Source of the DNA: Takakia lepidozioides | Lineage: Eukaryota; Plantae; Bryophyta | Assembly: GCA_030704615.1 (NCBI GenBank) | Contig: CM060731.1 | Span: forward strand, 32,178,001-32,242,000 | Direction: 5' to 3' | DNA length: 64,000 nt | Shown: piece after piece, positions 27,301 to 41,109 of the stretch | Numbering within the stretch: position 1 is the stretch's first letter | Layout: each line of letters begins with the position of its first letter | Notes under the pieces: generated by a model | The model's database searches: none | Told to the model about the DNA's origin: nothing | The model's input: the letters and a program-made list of their open reading frames with translations, nothing else | Program-made: the position numbers and the translations under genes

Positions 27301-27812
27301 TCAGTACTGCTTCGGGTGCAGTATGAGAAGAGATGCAATGCAGTCTGTTTGGTCCTCTTTCTTGTAGAACCACTGATTCAGTAGATTACCCCAAAAAAAT
27401 TCATCACCAATTGTTTGCTATCTTCACCATCAGGTCAACAGATCATACACTTGAATTGCCTCTTTTCCAGCTAGAGGTAGGCAGCCTACTCTTGAGATAG
27501 AAAGAGAAATGGCCTGGAAAGGAGTTGCAAACGAGACCCTGAAACCCAGAACTTAAGCTCTGTATTGTCCAGCTCAAGAGAGAAAGGAATGTGCTCATTC
27601 AGTTCTAGAGACTTGTGGCCATAGACCCCCTGCATGGTTCAGATCAAGCAGAAAACTCCATATATCCACACCCTGCCCAGGTCTGATTACAGTCTCTAAG
27701 GGCACTAAGCTGTATGGCTTCAAGGCTATCCCTAGGCATGCAATTGCTTGTGTGGGTAAGAGAAGGAGAGGGTACATTACAAAATCCAGGGCTCTACCAC
27801 AGGGCTGTCTAG

Positions 27813-29984
27813 TTAACTAGTGGCAGACTGTCCAACACAAAAGACAAACCCAACATTGGAGAGGGTGATGTATACCAGGCAAGGCGAAAGCATAGACCAT
27901 TTGGGATGTGAGCTTGTATGTCGGTAATCTGCATCTGACTTTGATCGCCTGAGATGGGTGTCTGAGCTCTTTGATCCAATTTCCTTAACACTATTGCGTT
28001 CCAATCTGGGACCTGTTTGCAAATCAATGCTGAATCTGGAAGACTGACTTATCTCCAAGTAACTCGTGAGTGCGTGGTCATCGCCAACCTCCGTAATATA
28101 GTGAAAGCTCTTTGTAGGAACCCACTGTGGCTGATCCAATGTGCCAGATGGTCGTCTTTCAAAAGATGATGTGAGGAAATCATCGCTGCCCAAGGATATT
28201 GAGTCAGCATGTACATCAAAATCCGAATCCTCTTCTACCAGGGTACCAACTGCCTGTGGGATTTCTCGGCTTAGTGCCCCAGTACTGTCTGTGGAGAGGC
28301 GGCTGTGCTGGGCATCTCCAAAGACAAATCTGGATGCAATAGGAGACTCGAAGGGGAAATCTTCCTCATCCACAGTCTGCAACACCTGCCATTTCCAATA
28401 TACAAATGCTTATTAATTTCAAGTTAAAGCAAACGACACACAGCATATAGGATCACATCCACAGCAGCGCCTTGCAGAGTGGCATAGAGTGTTCTGTCAA
28501 CCTGAGTCAAAGAGTTTCTAAGGTTGAGACAGGTAAGAATGTCCCGATCACGTGGTTTCGAGGCCCAGAAATGATTAGTTCTTGAGAATTGAGACAGTAA
28601 GGGAAGAACTGTGGAATACCTCTTCACGTGTATCACAGACTTCAGACTCCAAATCGTGCTGCAGGGGTCCTTTCTCCATCTCGTCCTTTTGCCTACAATG
28701 AGCATTACCACTTCTGATATAAGGTAAATCACCTGAGGTAGGAATAATTGACTCTTCCACATATGTCACAGTCTTTTTTGAACGGTCACCTTTCGGTTTG
28801 CTCCCGGATAGTATGCTTGAGACTGTCTTTAATGGTTTCTGCACTCTTGGGAGGGTCCATGAGCTGCTGCTGGAAGGCCAATGCTCCTCACTGGACTGAT
28901 TAGGCTTCCTCCGCGGTGGTCTAGATTGTAGGAGCACTGGCAACCGGGCATAATGTTTTTTCTCTTCAGGTTGGTGCCATGCAACCTCACTGGGGCCCTC
29001 CAGAATGAATTTATCTTCAGTAGAGTCATCCATGTCGGTGAGTGAGAAGAAACACTGTGGCAATTGCGGAGTGGGTCGATTAGGGGGTGGTGGAGGAGCA
29101 ATGTGTTTGCCAATGTAAGAGTCTTCAGAAGACGAGGGAGTGGCAGGGCCGCTCTCTGGAAGATATTCAAGAGTGCTGACTGGGGATTCACTGTCATCAG
29201 AGTCATATAACTTGCCATCATGATCAGATTGTCTGTCTCGATTTTCAGAGGATGTTTCGCCAGTTTTTTCATTTGACATGGACAACCTGGACTGCCCCAC
29301 CAGCTTTCTAAAGATCTTCTCCGTGAGATTTGGGCCCCCAGATTCAGTAGCATCCGGCCCTAGCCCTCCGCGGAAAGTAAAGTAAGCGGCATTCAAGGTG
29401 CCACTGCTATCCCGGTTGCCCGCAGGTGGGTAAGGAAACAACATGCCGCTGTGGGCTTGGCTGCCTCCTTGAGGATATAGCATGCCACTATGGGCCCGGC
29501 TGCCTCCTTGGGGATACAACATGCCACTGTTTGCCCACGCTCCTCCTTGCGGAAACAACATGCCACTATGTGCCCGGCTACCAGGAGGAGGGAGGAGAGG
29601 AGCAAGAGGTGTCTCAGATTTCGGTACAGGTTCAATGGGTTTCCCGGGTTCTGCTTCCCACTTGAAGGGCACGGCCCCAGCAGATCGGTAGTTGTTACCA
29701 GAGACCACAGACGACAACGACGATTGACGGCTGAAAAACACTTCTTCATCATCTAAAACGTGGACCCCCATCAGACTGGCTTTTAGATTGAGCTGCACGA
29801 CTCGAGGTCCGTCGGCTTCGGCCTCATCCTCAGAATCTTCCAGTTTTGACGACGGCAGTTTTTCTTTGGGTTTTCCTGGCTCTTCTTCCCATTTGAAGGG
29901 GATCACCCCCGGCACCCGGCTTGACAGAGGTGCAGCGTCTGAGAAGCCCGACAAGGATCGAGCATTTTTTGAGTTTAATTGCAT
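27813..29984 (-). CDS. DUF688-like protein (two PFKWE.EPGKP motifs); 3' end uncertain
   Basis: Exon 29984-28620 (GAG|gtattc donor) joins in phase 0 to an exon starting at 28385 (ggcag|GTG). Motifs IPFKWEEEPGKPK and GAVPFKWEAEPGKP, plus 13-aa repeats GSRAHSGMLYPQG. Further exons are possible near 27.7 and 26.9 kb. Confidence 0.75.
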
Positions 29985-32900
29985 CTTGCGAACCTCCACG
30001 GTACTGAATGCGTAAGTCCAGAGCGTCCTCTCTAAGCTTGTCCGCTAAACCTGTCTCTCTGTACCTCTCATTGAGCAGAGACTCTCATTTCAACTTGGGA
30101 CGTCTGGGCTACGATGATCTGCAGGCTGCAATATTGCACAATCAGAAGATTTGTCCTAATGTTTCAAAATTTAAAGCACATCTCAGTCGGCAGTTTGAAT
30201 TGCCACCCAAACTTCCATGGCCACCAAAATTGAGGACTCCAACAGGATGAAGAAGTTAAGAATCATTATGCACCCACTTGGGCTTTATACTATCCGCTAG
30301 GAGAACCTGGAGCCAGGAATGAGCTCCCACTCTACAGAGTCTAATTCTTAGCACTCTACTCGGCTTTGGTAGCTTCTCAGAATACAACAAGAAAGAGATT
30401 GTGCATGGTCGGAAACTCGACAAACTAGCAAATTCTATTCAAGACTCGAAAACGCCGTTGACCTGAAAACCGTGAGAGAGACGAAGACTTTACCTTCCCA
30501 ATCAAACGAGATCTGGCGGGGACTCTTCATTTGTCAAATCCAATTGTACGCAATGTTGCAAAAGGAGGGACCGTGCATGTGGGTGATTCGATCACAGGGC
30601 TAGAAAGACAACTATCTGGAAAATTCAAGAGAGCTAGAACTTAATAATAAGATGATATTTTGGCCCCCAGATACAATGAAATGGAAAGGCATATTCGAAA
30701 ACAGATCAGATGCCAAAAGAGATCGTCTTGAAGGAAGATCAGACTTCATCAAGGAGTACCAGTCTCAGAAGTGTCCATCGATATAAACCGTAAGTGTTAT
30801 CACAGAGTCACAGAAGTTATGCAGCAAGAGACTCGCTCGAAGAGCTTTCAAAGAAGGCTTGCACGAGAGGAAGCTACAGACACGTTGAATACGAAACTTC
30901 AGAAACAGCGGTCGAAGCAAAGAAGAAGAGGAAACTGTACAGCTAAAGATGGCTTTGAAAGAGAGTCAAATTTGATATGGAAGACGGCACAGTGCAAGCA
31001 CGATCTGAAACGCGAAGATGAGGAAGTCTGTCGTAAAAAATAAAAACGAAGAGCGGAAGTACATACACAAATACCGAGAGAGAGTTCGGCAGCCAAAGCG
31101 GAAACGACAGAGCGATTGTCAGAGACCAAAAGTTGAACCTCCAGCAAGATCCAGCTACGTACAAGTGCGAGGGCGCTGATCCAGGGAGAGCGAGGTGACG
31201 GCCGCATCCGCCCACGTCGGAACGTGTTAGGCACGATCAACCTTCTTAAAATGCAGGGTATTTTGGCTCTTGGAGTTTTATTGCGCCATTCTCCAGACAC
31301 TGAAAACAGCAAGTGAGTGATCAATGCATGTGCCCACCACCATTCCTTGGGCCAGAAATGCCACCGTACAATAAAAGAAGCCCACCTGAGCTTTCATTAC
31401 TGCATACTAGTAAGGGCCCAGGGCGAATGATGCGAATATGCGAAGAAAGAGAAATACACAAAGAACAAGGATCTGTTTCTGTTTACTTATTATGTATGAC
31501 TCAACAGCCAACTCGTCTCCTCCATCCTGTGGTCTTCACTGAATTGCTATCAAGTCTATACGTCTATACTAACTTTCCCAACACGATTTTTAAAGTAACA
31601 AGCCTTTCAACTTTCGACACAGTGCTTATATATAGCACTTGAATCAAAGGCATTTATGAAGATACATCTACTCCTCCAACGAGGGCCATATTACAAGGTT
31701 GAACATAGATCCCCCCCCCCATTTCTTGTTCCAACTTCCAACTTCCAACTTCCATTGAGCTGCTCTTGTAATCTTTATTAGTAACCCCATGATACCCGGC
31801 TGGTGCCTAATGCCAGCACCTGCTCTTGCATGTGTTGCTGTGAATGATACGTACATAGTGGGAATGTATGACAATGGAGCACAGCAGGCTGAATGCACAG
31901 ATGTTTTGTTGTTGGGAAATGTGTATGAAACCAGTGCTGCATCACTTACAACAACTCCGAGAATGGCGCCTTAATGAGGGGTGGCCATATTCCAACTAAC
32001 AAATGGGAGGCTACAGAAATGGGTAGGGGTCCCAAGATACTTATTATGACCTCCCACTAATGAGGAGACGCACCTGCCCTTCACAAGTACAATTTGAAAT
32101 GGACCACACAGAACAATCTACTTAGATATTTTTGGTAGAGGAACGCTTTTGAATCTATTGTTGGGAGGGGATTTGCAGACTCCCCAGTCCCTGCAGACTC
32201 GGGGCTCTCCAGAATACATGTTTCACTTTAAAGTCGAGACTCATTACACTTCAAAATCACAAGACAACACTGATTTGCAGATTTCTGGAAACCTTTGTTC
32301 GGAGTTTGTGACTGTCGCTCATGAAGCCAAACACTCTTCCAGCTGCAGCAATAGCATAAGTGTGGTTGAAATAGCAGTTTCTACTTTCTACCATTGCCCT
32401 GAAGCTTTGTCTGTTTCAGCTTGCCCCTAACATCTTGCATTGGAAACCTCTTGTACAATTCACCCAAAGCAAACTTTTCAGTTCCTCCGGGATTGACAGC
32501 CTACTGTACAGGTGGCAGCCCATTCTATTGCATTGATGAAAAGTCTTGTAAGGAATGGAACTACAATGCAGACCTTCAAACATCGCTAAGCTCCTAAGAA
32601 TAGACAGGTCATTGCATAACCATCATATTTGGATGGGTGGCATGGTGTGGCGCTGACCGTGCTTCACTGGTGGCCCCTGAATATACAAGCATACAATCTC
32701 CGTACAGCGGGAGAATCCAATATCTCCAGGCTGTGCAGCACAACAAGATATTCAACTTTCAATGTTGAAAGCTCTCCCTTGACTGTTGAATATATTCCCC
32801 ACTATACTGATCCCCCTACTCAAGTCTGGTGAAAATGCCACCTGACTGGCATTACTGCCCCACTTAAAATGGAAGTTTTCTCCTCCTCAAACACTCCAAG

Positions 32901-33009
32901 AGCTACCGATGTCAAATGACATCAGGACAGCGTGGTAGAGAAAGAGTTAAGTGAGCTACTCCATCTACTCTCTTCCAGGCCATAGTGAGCCAATACAGGA
33001 AGCTATCTT

Positions 33010-36000
33010 TTATCTCCTCCTAGAGCTAGTATCTCCAAAGGTAACATCAGGGTTACGGGTGTGATGATTGTGCCATTTTGATCCAGAGCCCCGAGCACTT
33101 CCAGTGATGCTCCACAAGGACTCCCCTTTCTGCGCCTTTGTCTTGACTGGTGGAACCTTAGATTTGAGCACTGGGTGCTTGGCTGACTTGCCCATTCCAT
33201 TGGCGACAAGCCACCTCGAGCCAGACAGTTGCTGCTTCTGATTTCCCCATTCTCCTTTCTTTTCAGACGTGTTCTCATCGGCTTTCAGTCCTGACATGGT
33301 CACCTCCACAATCTTGAACTGTGGGGCCTGTGGGGGAGCCTCCGGTTCGTCAGCTTCTTCACTATTCCCTTTTATTGAAATTCGTTTTCCTAGCTTGGGG
33401 CGGGGAGGCATCAAGACCCTCTCTGCCTGCACCATTGCCATCATGGGAGCACCTACAGGCTCATAGTTTCTGAGTGGGTCACGGAGTTGAACCAGCATAG
33501 CCAAAGTTAGGGTGTCACCCATGAATCCCCCTCCCATATCACTTGCACCACCTTTTCCCCCTGGTCTTCCCCAGCCTGCCTTGTCATTGTTATGTTGCTT
33601 ACCTACAACTACGACATCCTTATGTGTAGCATGATGAGCAGCTAGAATTGCCTTGGTGTTCTCATTGTCTTGTGATTCATCGTACACTCCAGCATCAAGC
33701 CTCATCCATTCATCTAATGAGATGGCCATGGACATCAACCCGTCCTCAGAGCTGCACGAAGCTTCCTCCCCAGTGTTCCTGCCTTCCAATAACTGCAATG
33801 CCGAAACACCCTCTAACTTTCCCAAGCCCCCTCGCTTCTTCCTGGATCCTCCTTCTAAAGCTGCCACCTCTCGCCAGGAAAGTGCATCCACACTGTATGG
33901 GGCTTCATCCTCTGCCATGTCAGCTTGTATCTTCAGTCCCTCCATGGCCAGAGCTTCAATCTTCTGCATTGCCATGGGTGCTAGGTCCTCAAGACACATA
34001 AAATCATCAGCTTTCCTTGCAAAGCTGCCATTGCGCATACTAGAACCTGTCCTAGAATTGACAGCCATGCCTGATGAAGATCTTTTGGCCAAAGGGCCTT
34101 CCGAGTAGACACCATCTCCCTGACTCCACCCTGCTTCCCCACTTCCCCCCGGGCCTAATGCTGCATACCTGCAGGTCACGCGAGTGTAACAGTTTAGTGT
34201 TAGTTCGAATTGGTAGTCTCTGAAGAATCCTCCAGGCAACAGTCCCTTCACTGCATGCACAAATACGCTAGGTACTGAAGTAAAGCTCACCAGTGATTTC
34301 ATTACTGAAAGCAAACTAGTCCAGGAAATTACCCATTCCTAAAATTGCCATGCTGGTGGTTCCCTCCTTCCAGAGCAGCTATACCCTCGCTTGCAATTTG
34401 TTCCACACTCTTTCCCATGATATCCTCCAAAGGCATTGCCATCATAGCCTGAACAGCCATGCCTTCCATGCCAGCAGCCGCCATATGACGCAAAATGTCC
34501 ATGGAGCTAGACCCCATCCCTACAGGTACAACCAAGGGCTTTGAAACTTGCATAACCAGTTGCGCACTCATACTGCTTGCTTGAAAGTGCATTGGACTCA
34601 TAGATCTCAACGAACCACCATCGCGGGTTTGGACTATAGGGCCCACACCCTTCCCCAAAGGGGGTAACTGAGGCATGTGAACCAGTGCTGAGCTGTAAGG
34701 GCTATCATAGTCATGTAGTGGGGGACTCTTTGGGGGTGAGCCCTCAAAAACTTTTGCATTCAGACCCCATTCTTGCATGAGGGCCTCAGTCTCAGCATCT
34801 TCCAGCAATTTGGCACGCGTCTTACTCCGCATGGTCTGTGTTGCCTTCTGCAGCTCAGATTCAGCAGCCTCCATGATGGAGGCGAGTTCTATATCCTCTT
34901 CACTGCCCCAACCTGTAAAAGCCAAAACACACATTTTCCAACTCATGGTAAGAATTAAAAAACTACAAGATGGATAAGTTCAAAGCAATGGCATTGTGTA
35001 ATTCACTACCATCATAGTCTAAGCTAATGAACTAGCTTAACTTGCAAAGTTAACATCCAGATTTCCTGCAGAGAGTATTTCACTAGACCATCAATTGGAT
35101 GCAGATTGATTAGATAGATAATAGCAGTGGGCGTTTTCTGTAGACTCTCCAACTAAATAAGAGAAAGGCTGTTCAAATACTCCATTTGTATGGAAGCCAT
35201 TTGTGCCTTTACCCTTCAGTCAGCACTCCCCTTTACGCAATTCTGGAATAGATTAAGTCATCATTTGGGGTAGCCGGTTGATGAGCTGGCTTCATCATCA
35301 ATTCATAGCAAATTCCCAATCAGCAAAAGCAGTAATTTTGAACAATCTGTCAGACAAGTGCATTTCCCTTTGAGGAATTAAAGATTCAACCACAATTGGC
35401 TGAGTTGCCAGCTACGGTCGGTGGCAGAAAGGTGAGTACTCATCAAGCAGTCCCTTACTCCGAGACATAAACGCACTCCCTTTTTGGCCCCCAACTTGAT
35501 TTGAAACAGAGTCTCCTTAAGTTCTAGCCATACACGCACTCAATTGCAGAGGTTGATCCTTGAGTGGCTTCTCTGTTGTGGAGTACAGATCTGCTATATG
35601 GGTTGATAACTCCAACCAGGCTAAGTCTCTAGAATCCATTCAAGTGGGGGTGCTTAAGGAGTGTATGTCAGCATGCTCCAAAACAGCCAATGTGGCTGTT
35701 CGGGGTGAGTTTGGCATTCCGTCCTTAAGCTCCCAACGAGATGAATTCAAGGTCAGATGGTGGGGTCAGCTGCAACATATGCCCAACACCAGATATCCTA
35801 AATTAATCAACTCTATATCTTGGAAACAGGACCGCCCTGTCAAACAGGCTGAGTCCTGGCAGAAGAGAGTAGAAGAGATCCTCAAGGACCTGGACCTGGA
35901 TCCGCAAGTCTTGACCCTGCTGGATAAATCTGACTTAGAGGCTGTAGTGTCCTCAGCCATGTCTGTTGCCATGAGATTGTCTGATGAAAATGAAGTTAGG

Positions 36001-39000
36001 CAGAAAACTTCCCAGAACTTGTTTCCAGTCTGTGACATGGGGGAGGACATCTTGGATGACCTCAAGGGTCTACCCACTCTCGGCACTAGACTGAAATTTA
36101 AGCTCAGGGCAGGAAGCCTACCTTTGAACAGCAAACAGAAGCAGAGAGGAAAGGGAGAGTGCAATTGCCCGTTGTGTGGGCAATCTGAAGACAGTATTCA
36201 TTTTCTGATACACTGTCCGGGGTTCTCTCACCAAAGAGACGCTCTCTTCAAATCTATTAAGGAAATTGTGCCTGTACCCCTGTTTACCAACTTTGAAAGT
36301 CTCGAGGCTGAGCCAAAAGCCCAGGCCCTCCACAGCAGATTGATGCTTGTGTGAAGGGATTTCTAGAGGATATCTGGAAAACCCAGATTAATTCTTTATA
36401 TGGAGGTAAGTCTTACTACCAACGTCAGCCCCTGACAGAGGTAGGTTCTGTCCCTTTTGTTCCCGCTCAAACTGGGCGCGGGGCCAATGGCCACAAGGCT
36501 ACGGCAAACAACGTCTTATGAGTACAATCTGTTGTTGAGAAATCTTGAATTAAAAGAAGAGGCACTTACCCGGGGTGCTTAAGTCATCAGAGAGAGACGC
36601 TTCGTGCATGGACTCATGATCCTTCATAGGCCCCACTTGCTCATGTGGCTCATCCAGCATATCATGCAAGGTAGGATCATGAAGTTCAGGTAAGTTGAAA
36701 CCTAGGCCGACCCCACCTTCAATCAGAGCCTCCTGCTCAAATTGCTTTAGTAGCAGAGCGCGGGGAGAATCTGCCTCACTGTCAGAGCTGCCACCGATGG
36801 GGTCCCTTTCACTCTCTAGCAAATTCAAAAACTCCCCTGCCACAATGTCAATCTCATCATCTGAATCCCCTGTCTCACTTCTCTTCTCTTCTTGCCTGGC
36901 CGCCAGAAGTTCTGTCTCTATCAGATGTTCAAAAGCTTCTCTGTTTTCAATAAGGCCTTCCTCTGCCAAGTCGAAACTTTCCTTCTCTTCATCATTGCTA
37001 TCCGAATCTTTTCGCATAAAACAGTACGGTGAATCTGCAGCCCACACCTGGCAAATATATCCAGCCTCCTCATTGTTACCTCCATTATTCCCTTCCACTT
37101 GTGCAGTTCCCTCCTCCTCTTGCTCTCCCAGTAACTGACAATCCTGCACATCTATGGCATCCAAGAGATCCTGCATTTCAGATTCACCATCCGACGGTAC
37201 CTCTGTTGACCTTCTCTTCTCTTCATAGCCTAGCTCTACATCCCCTCTGTCTGTCTCTTCTCCTTCTGCCAGAGATTCACCCTCGAGAGACAAATGTTCA
37301 ATGACCTCCAAGTCAAGCGTTGCTGAGTCTGCAAAGTGCACAATGCAAAGGTTCCAAGGTATTACAATACAGATTAAATTGAAGCTTGCAGACATTCACA
37401 AATTATTCACCCCTGTCAATACCCACCAACTATAGTAGTCAACATATGGAGCCTCAACATATCCAAACCACCCACTGACCAAGTGGCATGCAAAGATACA
37501 AACTGCAACAGTAAGACAATTTGGTTTGGGCGAGCATTTTGGATGAGCTCAGACACCTACAGAAGTCATTCCATATTCTACCAAAATGAGAGCCAGTTCA
37601 GGTTGGCTCTGGAGCTCCCCAGACTTAGACAGCATCTGCAGGCGCCAACACTATCCCCAACTCACCAACATCATTGGGTGAAGCAGATGAGAACTACACT
37701 ATCAAGTAAATTAAAATGCTTCAGCATGAGTTAATGTGGCACAGTGATCTGACCTTCCACCTCTTCCTCCTCCTCTTGCATACCCACATCGTCCCTCCCA
37801 TCTAGCTGTTGTTCATCTACTGCTGTCTCCTCCTCATAACCCTGAGTAGACAAAGAGTGAGATAGAGTGCCCATCTCAACCCCCTGATCAATCACTGTGA
37901 ATTCGGCTTCATCTTCTGAACTCGCATGAGCATCTTCTGATTGATGTTCATCACTAGACTCCTTGATAAGGTCAAACGTTTCCTCCTCAGACTGTCGTGG
38001 GGTCGGTGGCGCTAGCATGGAATCATCTTGAGGAAACAAGCTTATCTTTGGCTCCCCTCTTGGAAATGTTCTGAATTCTGACCGCATCAATTCTGTCTGT
38101 GCATTCCGGCCCCAAGTGTTAGGGCCATCTGGGATTACAGAGTCATCAAGGCTTAAATTTTCCATGCCAAGATACTCAGCGAGGTCTGCTGGAGCTGATA
38201 TTGTAGGGGAAAGTTGGACATCTGAAGGCCGTGGAGGAGGGACTCTCTGGGGCGAGTGGGGCAGGCTGTAAGAGCGCAATGATTTCAAATTTGGTGACTC
38301 TCGAAAGCTTGCAACTGCAGTACTTGACTGATCAATTTCTTTGTTCACAATCTGATAGCCGAATGTAACCACAAGAGTGCCACCCTTGGCTTTCCCTGAC
38401 AGTTTGAAACTTGTCCTCCAGCTGCTCTGCTTCTCATTGTCACACTTATCATCGAGGCTTTCTGGTAATAGCCGACTCAGGTCCAACCTATGCTTGCCGA
38501 GAACAAGCTCATTAACATCAGGGGCAACTACTGAGAGATCAAAATTCTTTGTCATGTACTTGACAGCATGTGAGCCACTCTTGGAGCCATACACAGTGCA
38601 TTTTAAGTTCAGTGTTTCTTCAAACTCGGCCGCACCCTGGAACACCCGGGAGGGCATAGTGTGTGCTGAGCTCTCTTTTCGTTGCCAGTGCACAGTAAGA
38701 CGGAGACCATTCATTGCAGATGGAAGGCCCTCAATCCCATGAACATGTACCGTGAACAGGCAGCTGAAGCGCTGTTGCCCTATGTGCGCAATTGCCCTGA
38801 ACGGTTTCCAGTTCCAGAAACTTTTCTTTTCCTCTGGCGCCTCAAGTTTCTGGCTCTGCTTAAGATTGTCTTCCAGCCATGCAGGGAGGTTGGTCACTTC
38901 CGGAAAGTTCTTTTCGAATCCCTGCGAATGCCATGGCTGTAAGGCTCCGTCTACTTTTCGTAGACGTGGACTTAGACTTTCGGCTCTCTGAACATCTAAT

Positions 39001-39593
39001 CTGTAAACTGCAGTTTTCTTACCAGAATCAGTAGGAGGAGACGAAGTCCTCGTAGGACTGAGAGGCCTTGGGTCTCGTGACCTAACGTCAGATGACAAGA
39101 GGGAATGCAGAGTTAAGCTTCCTGGCCTGTCACATGATTCACTGACCGAGCGAGCAGGTATCGTGGCATTCTTTGCAAGACGAGGAGATGTTACCTCATT
39201 CTTGGGGAGATACAGAGATTGAGCTTCTTTCCTTTGGGAATACAGAGATGACGCATCGGTCCTACCCAGATACGAAGATGGCGGTTCCTCATTCCTCCCA
39301 AGATATGGAGAGGGTGATTCTTCCCTCTTACCAAGATGTGGAGATGACGGTTCTTCTCTTCCACGAAGATTTGGAGATGGCGGCTCTTCTCTCCCACGAA
39401 GATATGGAGATGCTGGTTCTGCTCTGCTACCAGTATACGGAGATGGTAATTCTTTTCTTGGGGAGGGATCCTGGTGGCCCGCGTTGTAAAGAGCCTGACT
39501 TAGAGCTTCAAGCTCCTTCAAAAGCTGCCCACCTGAGTCCTGCCTGCGTGCACTTCCCCGTGCCGACGGGGACGTAGGGGCGGAGCTCACCAT
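33010..39593 (-). CDS. PMIR1: PMI1-related protein, copy B, ~1445 aa
   Basis: Inferred exons 39593-37754, 37328-36570, 34912-34333, 34168-33010 (4338 nt); same intron positions and phases as copy A and the same conserved motifs. Confidence 0.92.
35207..36520 (+). mobile_element. 5'-truncated LINE (RTE/RTEX/L2-like) in intron 2 of PMIR copy B
   Basis: ORF 35560-36354: VEYRSAIW...TANVAVRGEFG...RYPKLI, KFKLRAGSLPLN, CPLCGQSEDSIHFLIHCP knuckle. Similarity to the copy A intron ends at gccatttgtgc (~35206). Confidence 0.8.
39180..39460 (-). repeat. Coding 33-bp minisatellite in PMIR copy B (~9 units)
   Basis: EPASPYLRGRE EPPSPNLRGRE EPSSPHLGKRE ESPSPYLGRNE... Confidence 0.85.
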
Positions 39594-40312
39594 ACTGACC
39601 CCTTAACAATCCTGTATTTGCTCCTTATCCAACTCACCTCCCACCTTGATCGACATTCCATTGCCCTCTCTCCCTCCGATTCCGCTCTGCTCCCATATAA
39701 CCTTCCACCGTCTCCACACAACTCCAAGTAGTTCTTTGTCGACAGAACCAACCCCGGTCTTGAAGATGCTCTTTCTGGCCAACGCTGTTGAATGCTACCC
39801 TACTCCACTGTGTCTGAACAGCGATGATCGCATGAGCCTCTCCGCACACCCAGCGAAGTACGAGCTGCTGATTGTTCTGGAACACAACCCTTATTACCGC
39901 CACAGCGCCACATTCAAAGCTCGCCCACCATCGTCTGACCCACCCCCATCTACAGCACAGTACGAGCTGAGATCGTGAGACGGAGCTGCATCAGAGCATT
40001 GGAAGCCATGGCAGAAATTGGGTACCTGCACTGGTGGCTTGCTCGGTGTGCACAGGAGACAACACGGCTTTGAACAAAGGCTCACATGCTCAACGACCCT
40101 GCCTCACGTTCCCCGACTAAAAACAAACCACTCGACCCCAACCCCGCCCTGTTTCTTTGCTTTGTTTATATTTGCTTTGGGGATGTCGAGTGTCGGCAAA
40201 CCCCCGCACTGACTTCCAACACAAGAATGTCGTGACTAGACTTTTATAATCCTATCATCCTTCTCATCCGCGATGACACCCTATTTGGAGATACCTATTT
40301 CGAGGTAAGTAC

Positions 40313-41109
40313 CAGTGTTGGCCGGGTATGGCATCTAGACATGCATACCCGGCGGTTATCTGCCGGTTATGCACATATGCATACCCGGAAAGTGCAGCCC
40401 CCAAGGAACCGGCTATGGAAGGAACCGGCAAAAGCCATCCAGCTTCCTAACCGGCTAGAGAACCGCATTGTGATTATAAGGGTGTTATACCCGGAGGAGC
40501 AGGATCCGGAGCAAATGGGGATGGCGTAGCGGCGGTTCTACATAATATAGGTATAGGGGTTGGTGATGGTAGTTAAGATTATTGCAGATGGACATATCCT
40601 GATTATGTCTTACTAGTAACCATACGCTTACAATGGTTGGGGAGATTAGGTGCACAACATTGAGGATGCCCAAGTAAATAGGAAATTAATTAGTTGGGCT
40701 TTTGGCTAGTTATAAACTTGGTGTATTACAGGGGCAGCCTGAAGGCAATAGATAGATTATAGGGGTTGAACGTTTGAACCCGAGACCCACAGACCAACCC
40801 ACGAGTGGCTTACCACCATGCCACAGCCCCCTTGTGTACTTTCACACATACACAAAAATGCTAGAGAAAGTAAAAATATAAAATGGATGAATCCCATAAC
40901 CGGTACCATGGAACCGGCAATTTTTAAGATGGCATAGCCGGTGGATTGAGAACCGGACAAGAAAAAATTCATGTGTTTAATGAGAACCTGTAACAGATAT
41001 GTTTTTCAAACCTATTGATATACCCTGCCCCGGCCATCCATTTTTTTCAAGGAGTAGGCCATAACCAGGACCGGAAGAGGGCTCAAAACATGGTACCCGG
41101 CCAACACTG
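40313..41109. mobile_element. hAT-family MITE with 8-bp TSD
   Basis: Perfect 16 bp TIR CAGTGTTGGCCGGGTA; TSD GTAAGTAC at 40305-40312 and 41110-41117; subterminal ACCGG/CCGG repeats. Confidence 0.92.
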
